The notes under the pieces are model-generated. The model saw only the letters and a program-made list of their open reading frames with translations. It had not been told where the DNA came from and ran no database searches. Both the position numbers and the translations under genes were made by a program. Shown here one piece after another: positions 45,013-56,256 of a stretch of 64,000 nucleotides of DNA (its first letter is position 1; the number at the start of each line of letters is the position of its first letter). The stretch lies in assembly GCA_014905635.1 (NCBI GenBank), contig JABVCE010000003.1:434001-498000 (forward strand), in the 5' to 3' direction. This DNA is from Scenedesmus sp. PABB004. Taxonomy: Eukaryota.

Positions 45013-47043
45013 ATGGGGCCGCCCGCCGCGCCCAGCGCGCCGCCGCCGGCCGGCGCCGCGGCGCCCGCACCCGCCGCCGCTGCCGTCCGCGTTCTGGCGC
45101 GAACGCTCGTCCGCGGCAGCGCCCAGGGCGGCCCTCCCGTGTTCGAGGAGGTGCGTGCGGAGGCAGCGACTGCCTCTCCCCGGCGCGCGGCACCCGCCCC
45201 GCCGCGCCGCACGCCAGCACCCTCCCGCTCGCCGCAGCTCACCGCCATCGACGCGAGCCCGCTGCTGCTGCGCGTGGCGAACTGCCCGGTGGTCTGGCTC
45301 GACCACGCGCTCGACGCCGCGCGCCTGGCCGCCGCGCTGGGCCGCGTGCTTGACGAGCTCCCGCTCCTCGGCGGCCGCCTCGCGCGCGCGAGCGCGGCGC
45401 AGGTGGCGGCGCGGCCGCACCTGCGCGCCGCGCCGTACTTCATCGCCGCGACGCGCGGCGGCGGCAGCGCGCTGCTGGTCGAGGCCGCGACGGCGGCGCG
45501 TTCGTGCGACGTGGACCTGCACGCGCCCCTGGCGGCCCCGTTTGCCATGGCCGGCGCGCCGCGGCTCGGCCCCTGGCACCAGGTGGGGCGGCCCCAGAGC
45601 GCACGCTGCACGCTGTGCGCTGCGCGCGCTGGGCCGTCCGCTCAGGCGCCGCCGCCCCCGCCGGCCGCCAGCCGCTCGACGTGGCGGCCCTGCTCGCGGG
45701 CCGCGAGCCGCTGCTCAAGCTGCAGCTCACGCAACTGGCGGACGGGGGCTGCGTGCTGGCCGTGACCATGCCCCATCTCCTCGCCGACGCGTCCTCGTCC
45801 ACGCAGCTGCTCGCGCGCCTCGCAGCTGCATACCGCACCGCCGGCGCGCCGGCGCCGGCGGGAGAGCCGGCGCACGCGGGCGGGGTCGCGTGCCGCGCCG
45901 TCGCGGCCGCCGTGCCCTGCAGCAAGGCCGCGCTGCTGCCGCGCGCGGGCGCCGGCAGCCCGGGCGACGCGGCCAAGCTCGAGGTGCATGCCATGCACGC
46001 GCGCGCGCCGGCCAGAGGGCGCGGGGGCGGCCGCGCCCGCGCCGCCCCGCCGACCGCCGCCCCGCCGCCCCGCCGCAGGCGCTCAGCCTGGGCCTGCAGG
46101 CCGCCGACCGCCCGAGCGCGCTGACCGCGCTGCGCGCGGTCGGCGCCGCCCTCGCTGAGGGCGTTGCGGCGGCGCGGCGCTTCCCGCGCGCGGCGCGCCT
46201 CACCAGCTGCGTGCTGCTCATTCCGGCGGGCGACGTGGCCCGGCTCAAGGCGCTCGCGGCCGGCGGGCCCCGCGGCGGCGCGGGCGCCGCGGCCGTGTCC
46301 ACCAACGACGCGCTGTCCGCCCTCGTCTGGCTGGCCTGCTGCGAGCTGCGCGGCCGGCCCCTGCCCGGCAGCGGCGGCGGCGGCGTGCTTGGCGTGGCCA
46401 TAGACCTGCGGCTGAACGCCCCAGACCTCGCGCTGCCGCCAGACCTGTTCGGCAACGCCGCCTGGGGCCTGCACGTCAGCGCCGGCGGCGCGGCGGCCGC
46501 GGCGCGCGGGGGCGCCGAGCCCGCCGAGGGTCGCTACGCCGCCGCGCTGCAGGCCGGCGCGCGCGCGGTGCGGGGCGCGCTGGCGCGCTTCCGCGCGGCC
46601 CCCGACGCCGGCGCGACGCTGCTGGCGCTGGTCGCGCAGCAGGCGGCGGCGCCCTGGACGCTGACGGTGCGGCGCTCGTGCTGTGCGCGTGCTGCGCGGC
46701 CGGCCCTCGCGGGCCGCCGCGCGCCCGCAGCTGCGCAGGCGGCCACCGCTCCACCGCCGCGGCGCAGGCGCGCAACCTGGCCCACCTCGCGGTGGCGGCG
46801 GACGTCTTTGTCACCAGCTGGGCGCGGGTCGACCTTGCGCAGCTCGACTTTGGCGGCGGGTGCACGCCCCGCGACTACGCGTGCGCCGTGCGGCCCACGC
46901 CGCCGTGGCAGGCGGCGGTGCTGCCGCGGCCGCCCGACGGCGCCGCGCGCCTGCTGCTGACCGTCCCGTGCTCTGCGCTGGAGGCGCTGCGGCGCAGCCC
47001 CGTGCTGGCGCAGCTGGTCCCGGGCGCGGAGTTCACGACCTGA
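45013..47043 (+). CDS. BAHD-family acyltransferase
   Basis: LAAALGRVLDELPLLGGRL; PLLKLQLTQLADGGCVLAVTMPHLLADASS (HxxxD); VSTNDALSALVW; FGNA; VTSWARVDLAQLDFGGG (DFGWG-like). Confidence 0.88.
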
Positions 47044-47158
47044 GCCCGTGCTGATGAGCTGAGCTGCTGCGCGGGCGGGTGCTCGGCGGGGCGGGAGTTG
47101 AGGAAATTGCAGCCGTGCGCCCCACACATGGCGGGCCCGGATACAGGGTTCAGGCAGC

Positions 47159-47193
47159 AACGGCTCGTGAGCCGTTTGACTGATCAGTCAAAC
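47159..47193. repeat. Two overlapping inverted repeats/palindromes
   Basis: AACGGCTC-GT-GAGCCGTT (47159-47176) overlaps the perfect 20-bp palindrome GTTTGACTGATCAGTCAAAC (47174-47193). Confidence 0.9.
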
Positions 47194-47239
47194 TCGCCGC
47201 TCCCAGTGCACGACACAATCAGTCACACGACACAGTCAG

Positions 47240-47965
47240 TCACAGCCTGCGGCGCCCGCCCTCGGCACCGACGGCGCCCGGCGCGGCCGCGCCAATGGGC
47301 GCGGCGCTGCCGATGCCGCCGCTGCTGCCGGTGCCGCTGCCGCCGATCAGGTTCGCCAGCCACGACCACCAGGAGCTCGTCTCGACCGGCGCGGGCGCGC
47401 TGGCGCACTGCGCGCCGCTCATGTCGATCGTCGCCACGGCTGTGACGCTCCAGCTCGGCCGCGCGCTGGGCTGGGGGATGTAGCCGAGGCGGCCGCCCGC
47501 GCCCGCGCCGTCCGCGCTGCCGGCGCCGTCGGCGTACGACGCGCCAAACACGCGGCGGCTGAGCTGGACCGAGAAGCCGCAGCTCGCCCGGCCGTACTCA
47601 TAGGCGATCGGGTTGGCCGGCACGTATGCCCCCGCGCCGCCGCCGTCGCAGGTCGCCGCGCCGGTGTAGAGCTGGCCGTCGCTCGAGCGCGCCTCGACCG
47701 CCACGCGCGCGACCGGGATGCCGTGGGTGTTTGGGTTCAGCAGGCTCACACGCCCCGTGATGACCGGGCCGGAAAGCCAGCCGCTGGCGCCGGCGGCTGG
47801 GTCGGGGCTGACCTGCACGATGAGGCCGTCGCAGCCAGACGGAACGTAGCCGACGAGACCGCCGGCTTGGCGCAGGCCCCGCCCGAGCGGCCGCGCGGCG
47901 GCGGCGCCGCCTGCCGCGATCAGCAGCACCAGCACGGGCAGGCACGCGCGCGAGCGCGGAGCCAT
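47240..47965 (-). CDS. Intronless secreted hypothetical protein
   Basis: Signal peptide [32 protein letters not shown] motif, beta-rich Cys-containing body. Confidence 0.7.
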   Translation of the reverse strand: MAPRSRACLPVLVLLIAAGGAAAARPLGRGLRQAGGLVGYVPSGCDGLIVQVSPDPAAGASGWLSGPVITGRVSLLNPNTHGIPVARVAVEARSSDGQLYTGAATCDGGGAGAYVPANPIAYEYGRASCGFSVQLSRRVFGASYADGAGSADGAGAGGRLGYIPQPSARPSWSVTAVATIDMSGAQCASAPAPVETSSWWSWLANLIGGSGTGSSGGIGSAAPIGAAAPGAVGAEGGRRRL

Positions 47966-48472
47966 GGCGACGAGCTCAGGGCGGCGAGGCAGCGCTTGGA
48001 TGGTGAAGCGGCGTGGACTCCTGGACACACGCGGCGGTGATCGTGTGGCGGCTGGCGGTGGTCACGGAGCACGTCTAAGTGGTCGATCGCGCGTGCAAAT
48101 GAGGCGTTGGCGCGTCTGGGGAGGCGCGGCGGACCTTTTGAGGCCGCGGGAGCAGGCAGGTCACACACAATTTCTCACGCCGCGGAAGCTGCCTGGATGA
48201 CGCCCCGCCGCACGTAGCTGCCCCGTCTTCGCGTGAGACTGGCGGCACGAGTGACCGACGAGTTACCGACGTCGTTCGCGGCGGCGGCGGTGCGGCGCGC
48301 GACACAAAATCGCCGCGGCCGCCGCACGCCCGCGCGCTCGTGCATGCATGCACGCGCGCACGCAGCACCAGGAGCCCGGGAGCGGCAATCACGGGCCCGA
48401 GCGGTCATCACGCACCGCCGCGCGGCCCCGCGGCGCTGCCGCTGCAGCGCCGCCCGCGCGGCGGGCGCTCAC

Positions 48473-50057
48473 TCACTTGGTGCGCACGAGCACGCGCTGC
48501 GTGATCGCGACCAGCGCCGCGCGCGCCTCCAGCGCGTGCGCGCAGCTCGTCGGCGGCAGCGCCGCGACCTGCTCCGCCGCGGCGCGCGCGTGCTCCGCGG
48601 CGAGCGCCTTGGCGCGCGGCACGCCGCTGCTGCCGCGCACGAGCTCGAGCGCGGCGGGCACGTCGCCGTCGCCCCTGAACTTGCGCCGCACGAGCGGCAC
48701 GAGGCCGGGCTGCTCGTCGAGGGCGAGCAGCACGGGCGCGGTCGCGAGCCCCGCGCGCATGTCGCTGAGCGCGGGCTTGCCGAGCTCGGTCGCGGTGCCG
48801 GTGATGTCCAGCAGGTCGTCGACGACCTGGAACGCGAGCCCCAGGTGCCGCCCGTAGCGCCACGCCGCGTCGGCGACGCCCGGCGGCGCGTCGCCGAGCA
48901 GCGCGACCGCGCGCGCGCTGTGCGCCATGAGGCTCGCGGTCTTGTAGAAGGTCTTGTCCATGTAGTAGGGCAGGCTGGTCAGCTGCTCCGGCGACGCCGA
49001 CATCTGCATGACCTCGCCCGCGACGAGGTGCTCGAGCACGCGCGAGAGCAGCTCCACGATCTCCACGTTGCACAGGCTCGCGAGCGTCACGCTCGCGCGC
49101 GCGAGCAGGAAGTCGCCCGCGAGGATGGCGAGCTTGTTGCCCGACGCCGCGTTGAGGCTGCTCACGCCGCGCCGCGTCGCCGCGTCGTCGAGCACGTCGT
49201 CGTGCAGCAGGCTCGCGACGTGGATGAGCTCCGCGATCTCCGCGATGCGCTGCTGCCGCCGCCGCGGCTCGCGCGGGCGCTCGTGCGGCGGGCGCAGGTC
49301 GGGCTGCAGCAGCGCGTCGCCCGGCGGGCCGCCGCCGAGCGCGCTCGCCATGAGCAGCAGCAGCGTCGGGCGCAGCCGCTTGCCGCGCACGCCGGGGCGG
49401 AAGTAGTACTCGGCCGCGGCCTCGAGCGCGGGCACGTTGCTCACGATGCTCTCGCACAGCCGCTCGCTCACGATGCCCACCTCGCCCGCCACGAGCGCAA
49501 ACGGGTCGGCCGCGCCCGGCGCGGCGCCGCCCTCCCACGCCTGCGCGGGGTGCATGGGCGTGCGCGGGGCCGTGCGCGGCCGCGCGCAGCGGCGCGCTGC
49601 TGCGGCCGGCAGTGTGATGGCCGCTGCAAAGGCCCCGGCGCCGCCCGCCACACCTGTGTGTCGCCGCCGGCGAGCGCCGTGGCCGCGCCGTGGAGGCTGC
49701 TGAGGCTCGAGAGCGCCCCGAGCTGCCGCCGCTGCTGCGCCGCGTGCGCGGGGCCGCCGCCGAGCACCGCCTGCGGCCCGGGCCGGGCGCGCGCGGGTCG
49801 GGCGAGCACGCTGGCGCGCGGGCGCGCACAATTGCGACGCTGCCGCGCCCGAGGGGCTCACCTGGTGCAGCAGGCTGCTGCTCCACGCCTGGCCCGCGCT
49901 GGCTGCGGCGGGCGCGAGGCCTGCGGGCGCGGGCGCGCGTCAGGGAGACCGGCAACGGCCCCGGCCGCCCACCGCGCCGCCCGGCCGCACCTGGCGCGCC
50001 CCCAGCAGCTCGCGTGGCCAGGGCGCACGCCGCCCGCAGCGCCGCGGACGCGCGCAT
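48473..50057 (-). CDS. Trans-polyprenyl (solanesyl/Coq1-type) diphosphate synthase, probably mitochondrial
   Basis: GKRLRP, ELIHVASLLHDDVLDDAATRRG, GNKLAILAGDFLLARAS, YKTASL, GLAFQVVDDLLD, LGKPALSD, RTK*. The Arg/Ala/Ser-rich presequence is split by three introns. Confidence 0.93.
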
Positions 50058-50524
50058 GGCCCCCGCCGCACGCTGTCGCGTTGTTCTGTCGCGTCTACTC
50101 GCCGGTTCCGCTGCGGCGGCGGCGCGTTGGGGCGCGTGCGGCCTGGCCCGGGGCGAGCAGCAGCAGCACCAGGCTCTGCGCGCCCTGGCGCCCTCCTCAC
50201 GCAGCGTGCTGACCCCCCGCCGGCAAGCTGGTGGGCTCCCTGGCGAGACCGGGCGCGCACCCCAGGAGCGGCAGTGCAACCGCCAGGCCCGGCGGGCTGC
50301 GCCCTGGTCGCGTGCGAGCGCTGCGCCCCAGCGCGCTGCGCCGGGGTCGTTCGCTGCCCGCTGTCCCGCACGTGCGTGCGACGTGCCGAGTCACCTCTCT
50401 CTCACGACGGCGCTGGGCACGCCAAGCGGGCGTGCAGTGCGCAGCGCCTGCATCCGCATCTGCTACTGTTGGCGCGCGCGCCCCGACCGCTGGCGCCGTC
50501 CTCCCCGGAGCTGGGAGGCCTGCC

Positions 50525-51388
50525 ATGGCGGGCGTGGACCCCTTCGCATTCGACCTGTTCGACCGCAAGCCCATGGGCGAGCAAAAGCGGGCCGCGACCG
50601 CGCCGGGGAGGCCCCCCGCGACGCCCCCGCGCGCGCCCGGGCAGCAGGCGTCGCCCAGCGGCCTGGCGGGCACGCCCACGGTGCCCCCGGCCTTTGCCGG
50701 CCCCGCCGCGCGCGCCAGCGCCGGCAGCGGGCTGGGCTCGGGCTCGGCGCACAGCAGCAGCAGCTCGCTCGCGGCGCTGGACGACCCCTTTGCGGGCCTG
50801 GGCGGCCTCAGCAAGCCGCAGCCGATGGCCGCCGGCAGGTGGGGCGGCCCGGAGGCCCGTCTGGGGCGCGCGCCGCGCCGGCGCGGGGCCGCGCCGCGCC
50901 GCGTCGGCCGCCGCCGCTGTGCGGCGCGCCGGCCCAACTGCCGCACCCGCCGCGCCGCGCCGCGCGCAGGGTCCCGGTGCGCTCGCCCACGCCGCCGCAC
51001 GGCCGGCAGGCGGCCGCGGCCGGCAGCAGCCCCGCGCGCGCGTCGCCGCCGCCGCCGCCGACGCAGCAGCAGCCGCAGCGGGCGGCGCCGCCGTCGGGGC
51101 TGGGCGCGGCGCCGCCGTCGCCGGCCGCGCACTCGTCGGCGTTCGACCTGGACGACATGTTTGGGCCAGGCGCAAAGCCGGCGCCGGCGGCGCCGGCAGC
51201 AGCGGCGCCGGCGGCGCCAGCGGACGACCCGTTTGCCGCGTTTGACGCCGTGGAGGGCGCCGCAGCGGCGGTGCCCGCCTCGCCGTCGCCCGCGGCGGCC
51301 GCGGCAGCGCGCGCAGACGGCGCGGGTGAGCGCGCGCGGCTGCGCAGCGCGGGCCGCCGCGCGCTGCGCGCTGCGCGCTGCGCGCTGC

Positions 51389-51441
<53 letters not shown>

Positions 51442-51532
51442 CCGCGCCGCCTGCGGCTGCTGCCCCGCCCGCAGGCTTTGCCTCGTCGCCGCCGACCAGC
51501 AGCAGCCCAGCGGCGGCCGCACCGGCAGCGGC

Positions 51533-51571
<39 letters not shown>

Positions 51572-53653
51572 TGACGCGCCGTCGTTGCGGCGGCACGGCA
51601 GCGGCGGCAGCACAGGCAGCGGCGCGGCGGCGGCGCGGGCGCCGGCTGCAGCGGCAGCCGGCGCGGGCGCCGGCAGCGCCTCGCGGCCCGCCTCGTCCTA
51701 CTTTGCCCGCCTGGAGCAGGAGCAGCAGGAGCTGGAGCGCCAGCTGCAGCTGGAGCGCCAGCAGGCGGGCTACGGCGACGCGCCCAGCTTTTCGTCGCAG
51801 CCGTCCTACGGCTACGGCGGCAGCGGCGGGGCCGACGCCTACGGCGGCGCCGCCGCCGGCGGCAAGGGCTGGGGCGGGCTGCTCAAGAGCGTGACCAAGA
51901 CCGCCGCCACGCTGGGCAAGAAGGGCCTGAAGGCCGCGCAGGTGCGTGTGCGCGAGTTGGCGCGGGCGGGCGGGCGCGGGCGCCCACGGCGCCGCCCGCC
52001 GCCCCGCCCCACCGCGCCGCCCACGGCGCCGCCCGCCGCGCCGCGCGACCCCGCGGCGGCCCGCAGGCGGGGCTGGCGCAGCTGGAGACGGCGCTGGAGG
52101 GCATGGACCGCCAGTTCCCCGGGTCCGGCCCCGGCGGCTCGGCCGAGTTTGGCGAGGACCTGCCGGCGGAGCGCGTGCTGAGCATGGCCATCCACATCAG
52201 CGAGATGCCCAGCGCGCGGCAGGAGGAGGCGCTCGCGCGGCTGCCGCGCCCCGTGCGCGCCAAGGTGCTCTCGCTGCTGCGCGAGCAGGCGGCGCTCGAG
52301 GGCGACGACGCCGCGCCGCCCGCGCCGCACGATCCCCGCCACCACCACCACCACCACCACCGCGCCAACGGCGGCGGCGTGATCGAGACCCACGAGTTTC
52401 GGCTGGAGGAGGAGGAGGCGGCGGCGGCGGCAGCGGCGGCGGCGGCGGCGGCGGCAGCGGCGGCCGCAGCGGCGGCGGCCGCGGCGCCGCGGAGAGCGCT
52501 GCCGGCGGCGCACCCGCGGCCGGCAGGGCCCGTGCCGCCGGTGCCGCCGCCGCCCGCGCCGGGGCCGGCGCAGGTGGAGGAGGACCTGCTGGGCATCAGC
52601 GGCGCCGCCGCCGCGCCGGCGGTGGCCAGTGTGGCAGACATGGATGACTTTTTCTCGGGCGGCTCGCCAGCAGCAGCAGCGGCGGCGCCCGCCGGCCGTG
52701 CGGCTGGCGGCGGCGCAGCGGCAGCGGCGCGGGCGCGGCCGGCGAGCGCCGGCGCCGGCGGCGGCGGCGGTAGCAGCAGCATGAGCCGCACGCTGAGCAG
52801 CTCAGACGGGCAGCTCGCCGACCTGCTGGGCGGCGCCGCAAAGGCGTCGCCGTCGCCGCACAAGAGCAGCAGCATGATCAACCTGGGCGGCGTGGACGCG
52901 CTGTCCGTGGACGTCGGCCAGCACGGGTGCGCGGGGCGGGGCCGCGCGGCGGGCCGGCCGCGCCCGCCGCGCTGCGCGGCGGCCGCGACGGGCGAGCGCT
53001 GCTCACCGCCGCCCGCCCGCCCCGCCGCGCAGCGACCTGTACGCGGACGCGTGCGGCAGCCCCGGCGGCGGCGGCGGCGCGGAGGAGCCGGAGCTGCGGC
53101 GGCAGCTGCGCGCCGCGCGCGCGGCGGAGAAGCACGCCAAGATGAAGGCGGCGCTGGCAGAGGCCCAGGCCAAGGAGGCGGCCGAGGCGGAGCGGCGGCA
53201 GCAGCAGCAGGCGCACAAGCAGGCGCACCGCGAGCGCATCGACGCGTGGAAGAACAAAAACAAGGCACGTGCGGGTCTGTGTGTCTGTGGCAGTTCGCAG
53301 CAGTCTGTGGCAGCGCGCTGCGCGAGCGCGGCAGCGCGGGTCGGCGGCCGCGCGGCGACCGCGTGCGCGGCGCCGCTCAGCGCGCGGGCCGCGCCGCCGC
53401 TCGCTCGGCGCAGGGCAACGTGCGCGGCCTGCTGGGCAGCCTGCAGACGGTGCTGTGGGAGGAGAGCGGGTGGAAGCCGATCGGCATGGGCGACCTGCTC
53501 GAGCCGGCGCAGGTGCGCAAGGCGTGGATGAAGGCCAACCTGCTGGTGCACCCCGACAAGGTGCGCCAGCGCAACGGCGGTGACGAGCAGGTCGCGATTG
53601 CGGACATGATCTTCGACGCACTCAAGGAGGCGTGGGGCCAGTTCCGCGGCTGA
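50525..53653 (+). CDS. Auxilin-like J-domain protein
   Basis: DPF/DLL-type motifs (DPFAFDLF, DDPFAGL, DDPFAAFD, EDLLG); C-terminal GNVRGLLGSLQTVLWEESGWKPIGMGDLLEPAQVRKAWMKANLLVHPDK...IFDALKEAWGQF. Confidence 0.92.
51360..51441 (+). repeat. Intronic 7-bp microsatellite, (GCGCTGC)n grading into (GCGCTGA)n
   Basis: About 11 tandem heptamers inside an intron of the auxilin-like gene. Confidence 0.9.
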
Positions 53654-53880
53654 CCCGCGCTGCGCCTTGAGCCGCCGCCGGAGTAAACCGCCGCGGCTCG
53701 CCGGCTGTACACCGCGTGTGTGACCGCCGCCCACGGCCAGGCGATTCCAGCAGGACAGCCCGCGCCGGCGCACTCTGCCGCCGCCAGCGAGAGCAGCAGC
53801 GCTCTGCGCGACCTCCGCCGCCGCTGCCGCGCGCGTGTGATCAGGCGCCGCCCGTCAGACGGCAGCAGGCGCCCGCCAGC

Positions 53881-55216
53881 ATGCGTGCCCTCACCCGGTC
53901 GCTGCGAGCGCTGCGCGCCGGAGCGCCGCCGGCGGAGCGCCATCACGGCGCGGCGCTGGCGGGCTGCTGCGCGCTCCCCGCGCCGCGCGCCGGCGCTTGG
54001 CAGGATCCACAACAGCAGGTGCAGCAGGAACAGCGTGGGCGGCCCGCGCTGGCGCAGTTGCGGGCGGTGGCGCCGCACGCGGCGCGCCCCTGGCTGCTGC
54101 AGGCGGCGGAGCAGCAGAAGCAGGCAGAGCAGCCGCAGCGAGGAGAAGAGCAGCAGGCAGAGAAGCAGCAGCCAGAGGAGCCGCAGCCAGAGGAGCCGAG
54201 CGGCGCGGAGGGCGACCGCGGCCCCGAGGACGAGGCGGTGCTGGCGGAGTGGCGCGGCGCGTCCGCCGCGTGGTACGGAAACGGCCTGAACTTCATCTAT
54301 CACAGGTGCGCCGCCGCGCGCCCGCGCGCCGCCCGCGGGGCACGGGCGTGCGGCGCGGCGCGGCGCGCGCCGCCGCGCACCGCCCGCGCCGCCGCGCGCC
54401 CGCTCGCGCGCGCCACGCCGCCGCCCCACGCCCCCCGCGCCGCCGCCCCACGCCCGCCACGCCGCCGCCGCACGCCCTCCGCGCCGCGCGCCGCGCAGCC
54501 ACCTGGACATGCCGCAGATGAGCAGCTGGTCGTTCCTGTACAAGCGCCCGCCCGGCTTCCTCGCGGGCCTCGTGTGGCCGCGCGGCTCGAGCGTCATGAC
54601 GCGGCTGCTGGACTGGAACTTTGCGCGCGCGCGCGAGGTCGCGGCGCCGCTCCTAGCCGAGGCGCACGCCGACTTTGACCCGCAGACGTTTGAGCGCGAC
54701 GCGCGCGCCGCGCTCGCGGCCGCGCTCGACGCGTACGCGGCGGCCGACTGGGCGGCGCTGCGCGGCATGGCCTCGGCGCGCCTGCTCGCGTCGATGCGCT
54801 CCGCGCACGACGAGCAGTCGGGCGCGCTGGAGCGCGCGGGGCTGCGCCTGCGCGACGCGTGGGCGGAGGTCGAGTCGGCGGAGCTCGTGTGCGCGCACGC
54901 CATCGACGCGTCGCAGCTCGCGGCGGTCGACGAGGCCCGCGCCGCGGACGGCCTCGGCGATGGCGTCGGCGGCGTCGCCGCGTCGCTGGGCGAGGACGGC
55001 ACCGCCGCGAGTGACGCCGCGCCGTACTGGGACGTCGCGGTGCTGCGCGCGACCGCGACGCTGCACGCGACGGTCGAGACCGAGGACGGCACCCGCGCCG
55101 TCGCGTCGCCGCGGAGCGGGCACTGGGCGCTCGCGCGGGGGCCGGTCGCGCTGCAGAAGCGCCTCGCCGCGGCCGACGGCGAGCTGCGCCCCTGGTTCCT
55201 GCTGTGCTGGCTGTGA
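53881..55216 (+). CDS. Tim44-like domain protein, probably mitochondrial
   Basis: Presequence MRALTRSLRALRAG; one intron about 54306-54498; DFDPQTFERDARAALAAALDAYAAADWAALRGMASARLL resembles the Tim44 domain helix; W-x-L-x-R near the C-terminus. Confidence 0.65.
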
Positions 55217-55388
55217 CGCTGCCACCGCCGCCGCCGCGACCCGGGCAGCATTTTTCAGACGCGCCGCCGCGATCCGCGCAGCCCACACGCTCTCTCGCCA
55301 GACCCCGCCCCGCGCCCGGCCGATGGGCCGCGCATGCACCACACGCTGCCGCGGCCGCCGCAGCAATCGCCGCGCCGCCTCGCTCGGC

Positions 55389-55393
55389 TTACA
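55389..55393 (-). promoter_or_regulatory. Putative TGTAA polyadenylation signal of the Pumilio gene
   Basis: TTACA on the + strand, about 860 nt after the Pumilio stop, near the end of the convergent neighbour. Confidence 0.5.
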
Positions 55394-56256
55394 GGGGGTA
55401 CAGAAGAAGGAGGAAGCCCGGTACACTGTTGGAACACACCCGCGCCCGGGAGGCGCGCCGCGCCGGCGTTGCGGCGCGCCACGCGCCCGGGGTGCGGCGC
55501 CTGCAGCCAGGGGCGGTCGCGCGGCGGGCGCGCCGGCGCCGGCGCCGGCGCGGCGGGAGGGCCGGGCGAGCCGCCCGCCCGCCCGCCGCGCGCGCAGAAA
55601 AGCCGGCGCCGCCGCGCCGCCGCCCGCGGCCGCCGGGCCCTGCCTGCGGGTTGATGTACGGAGGGGACACAGAGAGATCGCGCACCGCCAGAGAGAGAGA
55701 GACGGAGGAGAGAGAGAGAGGGGTCTGCCAACGGCAGACCCGCGCCCGCCCGCGGGCGCGCTGCTCGCGCAGGCAGGCATCCCGCCGGCGTGCAATAGAG
55801 AGGCGCTCGGCGCCGCCCCGCCGGCGCCGCCCTGGCGCGCCGGCCGCTCCAACAGCAACGCCCGGCACCGCTGGCCGGGCTGACGGGGCATGCATTCTCT
55901 CGACCAGATGGGGCTGCGCAGCGCGTGCCCCGGCCGCCGGCCGTGCCGGCACAACGGCAACCCCGCAGCCCCCGGGGCCGGGCGCGCCCCGCGCGCGCGC
56001 CGCCGCCCGTGCCGCTACGGAGCAGCGCCGGCCGGCGGGGCGCGCGCCACGCCCCGGCCCGCCTAGGTACTCCCCGCCCGCCGCCCGCCTGCCGCCCGTG
56101 CCCCAGTCAGCTCCCCGCCCGCCCAGCTCCCCGCCGCTGGGCGCTGCTGTCCCGCCGCCTGCCGAGCCGCGCGGGCCGCCGCCGCCGCCGCCGCCGCCGG
56201 GGTGGCGGCGGCGGCGCGGCGGCGCCGCCGCGCTCCGCGCCCGTGCCGTGTGCCTC

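Noticed and set aside
51360..51441. CRISPR-like array
   Set aside because: Simple heptamer microsatellite with no spacers, inside an intron.
51520..51575. Polyglutamine CAG tract in the auxilin-like gene
   Set aside because: The spliced frame reads GCA (poly-Ala); ordinary low-complexity sequence.
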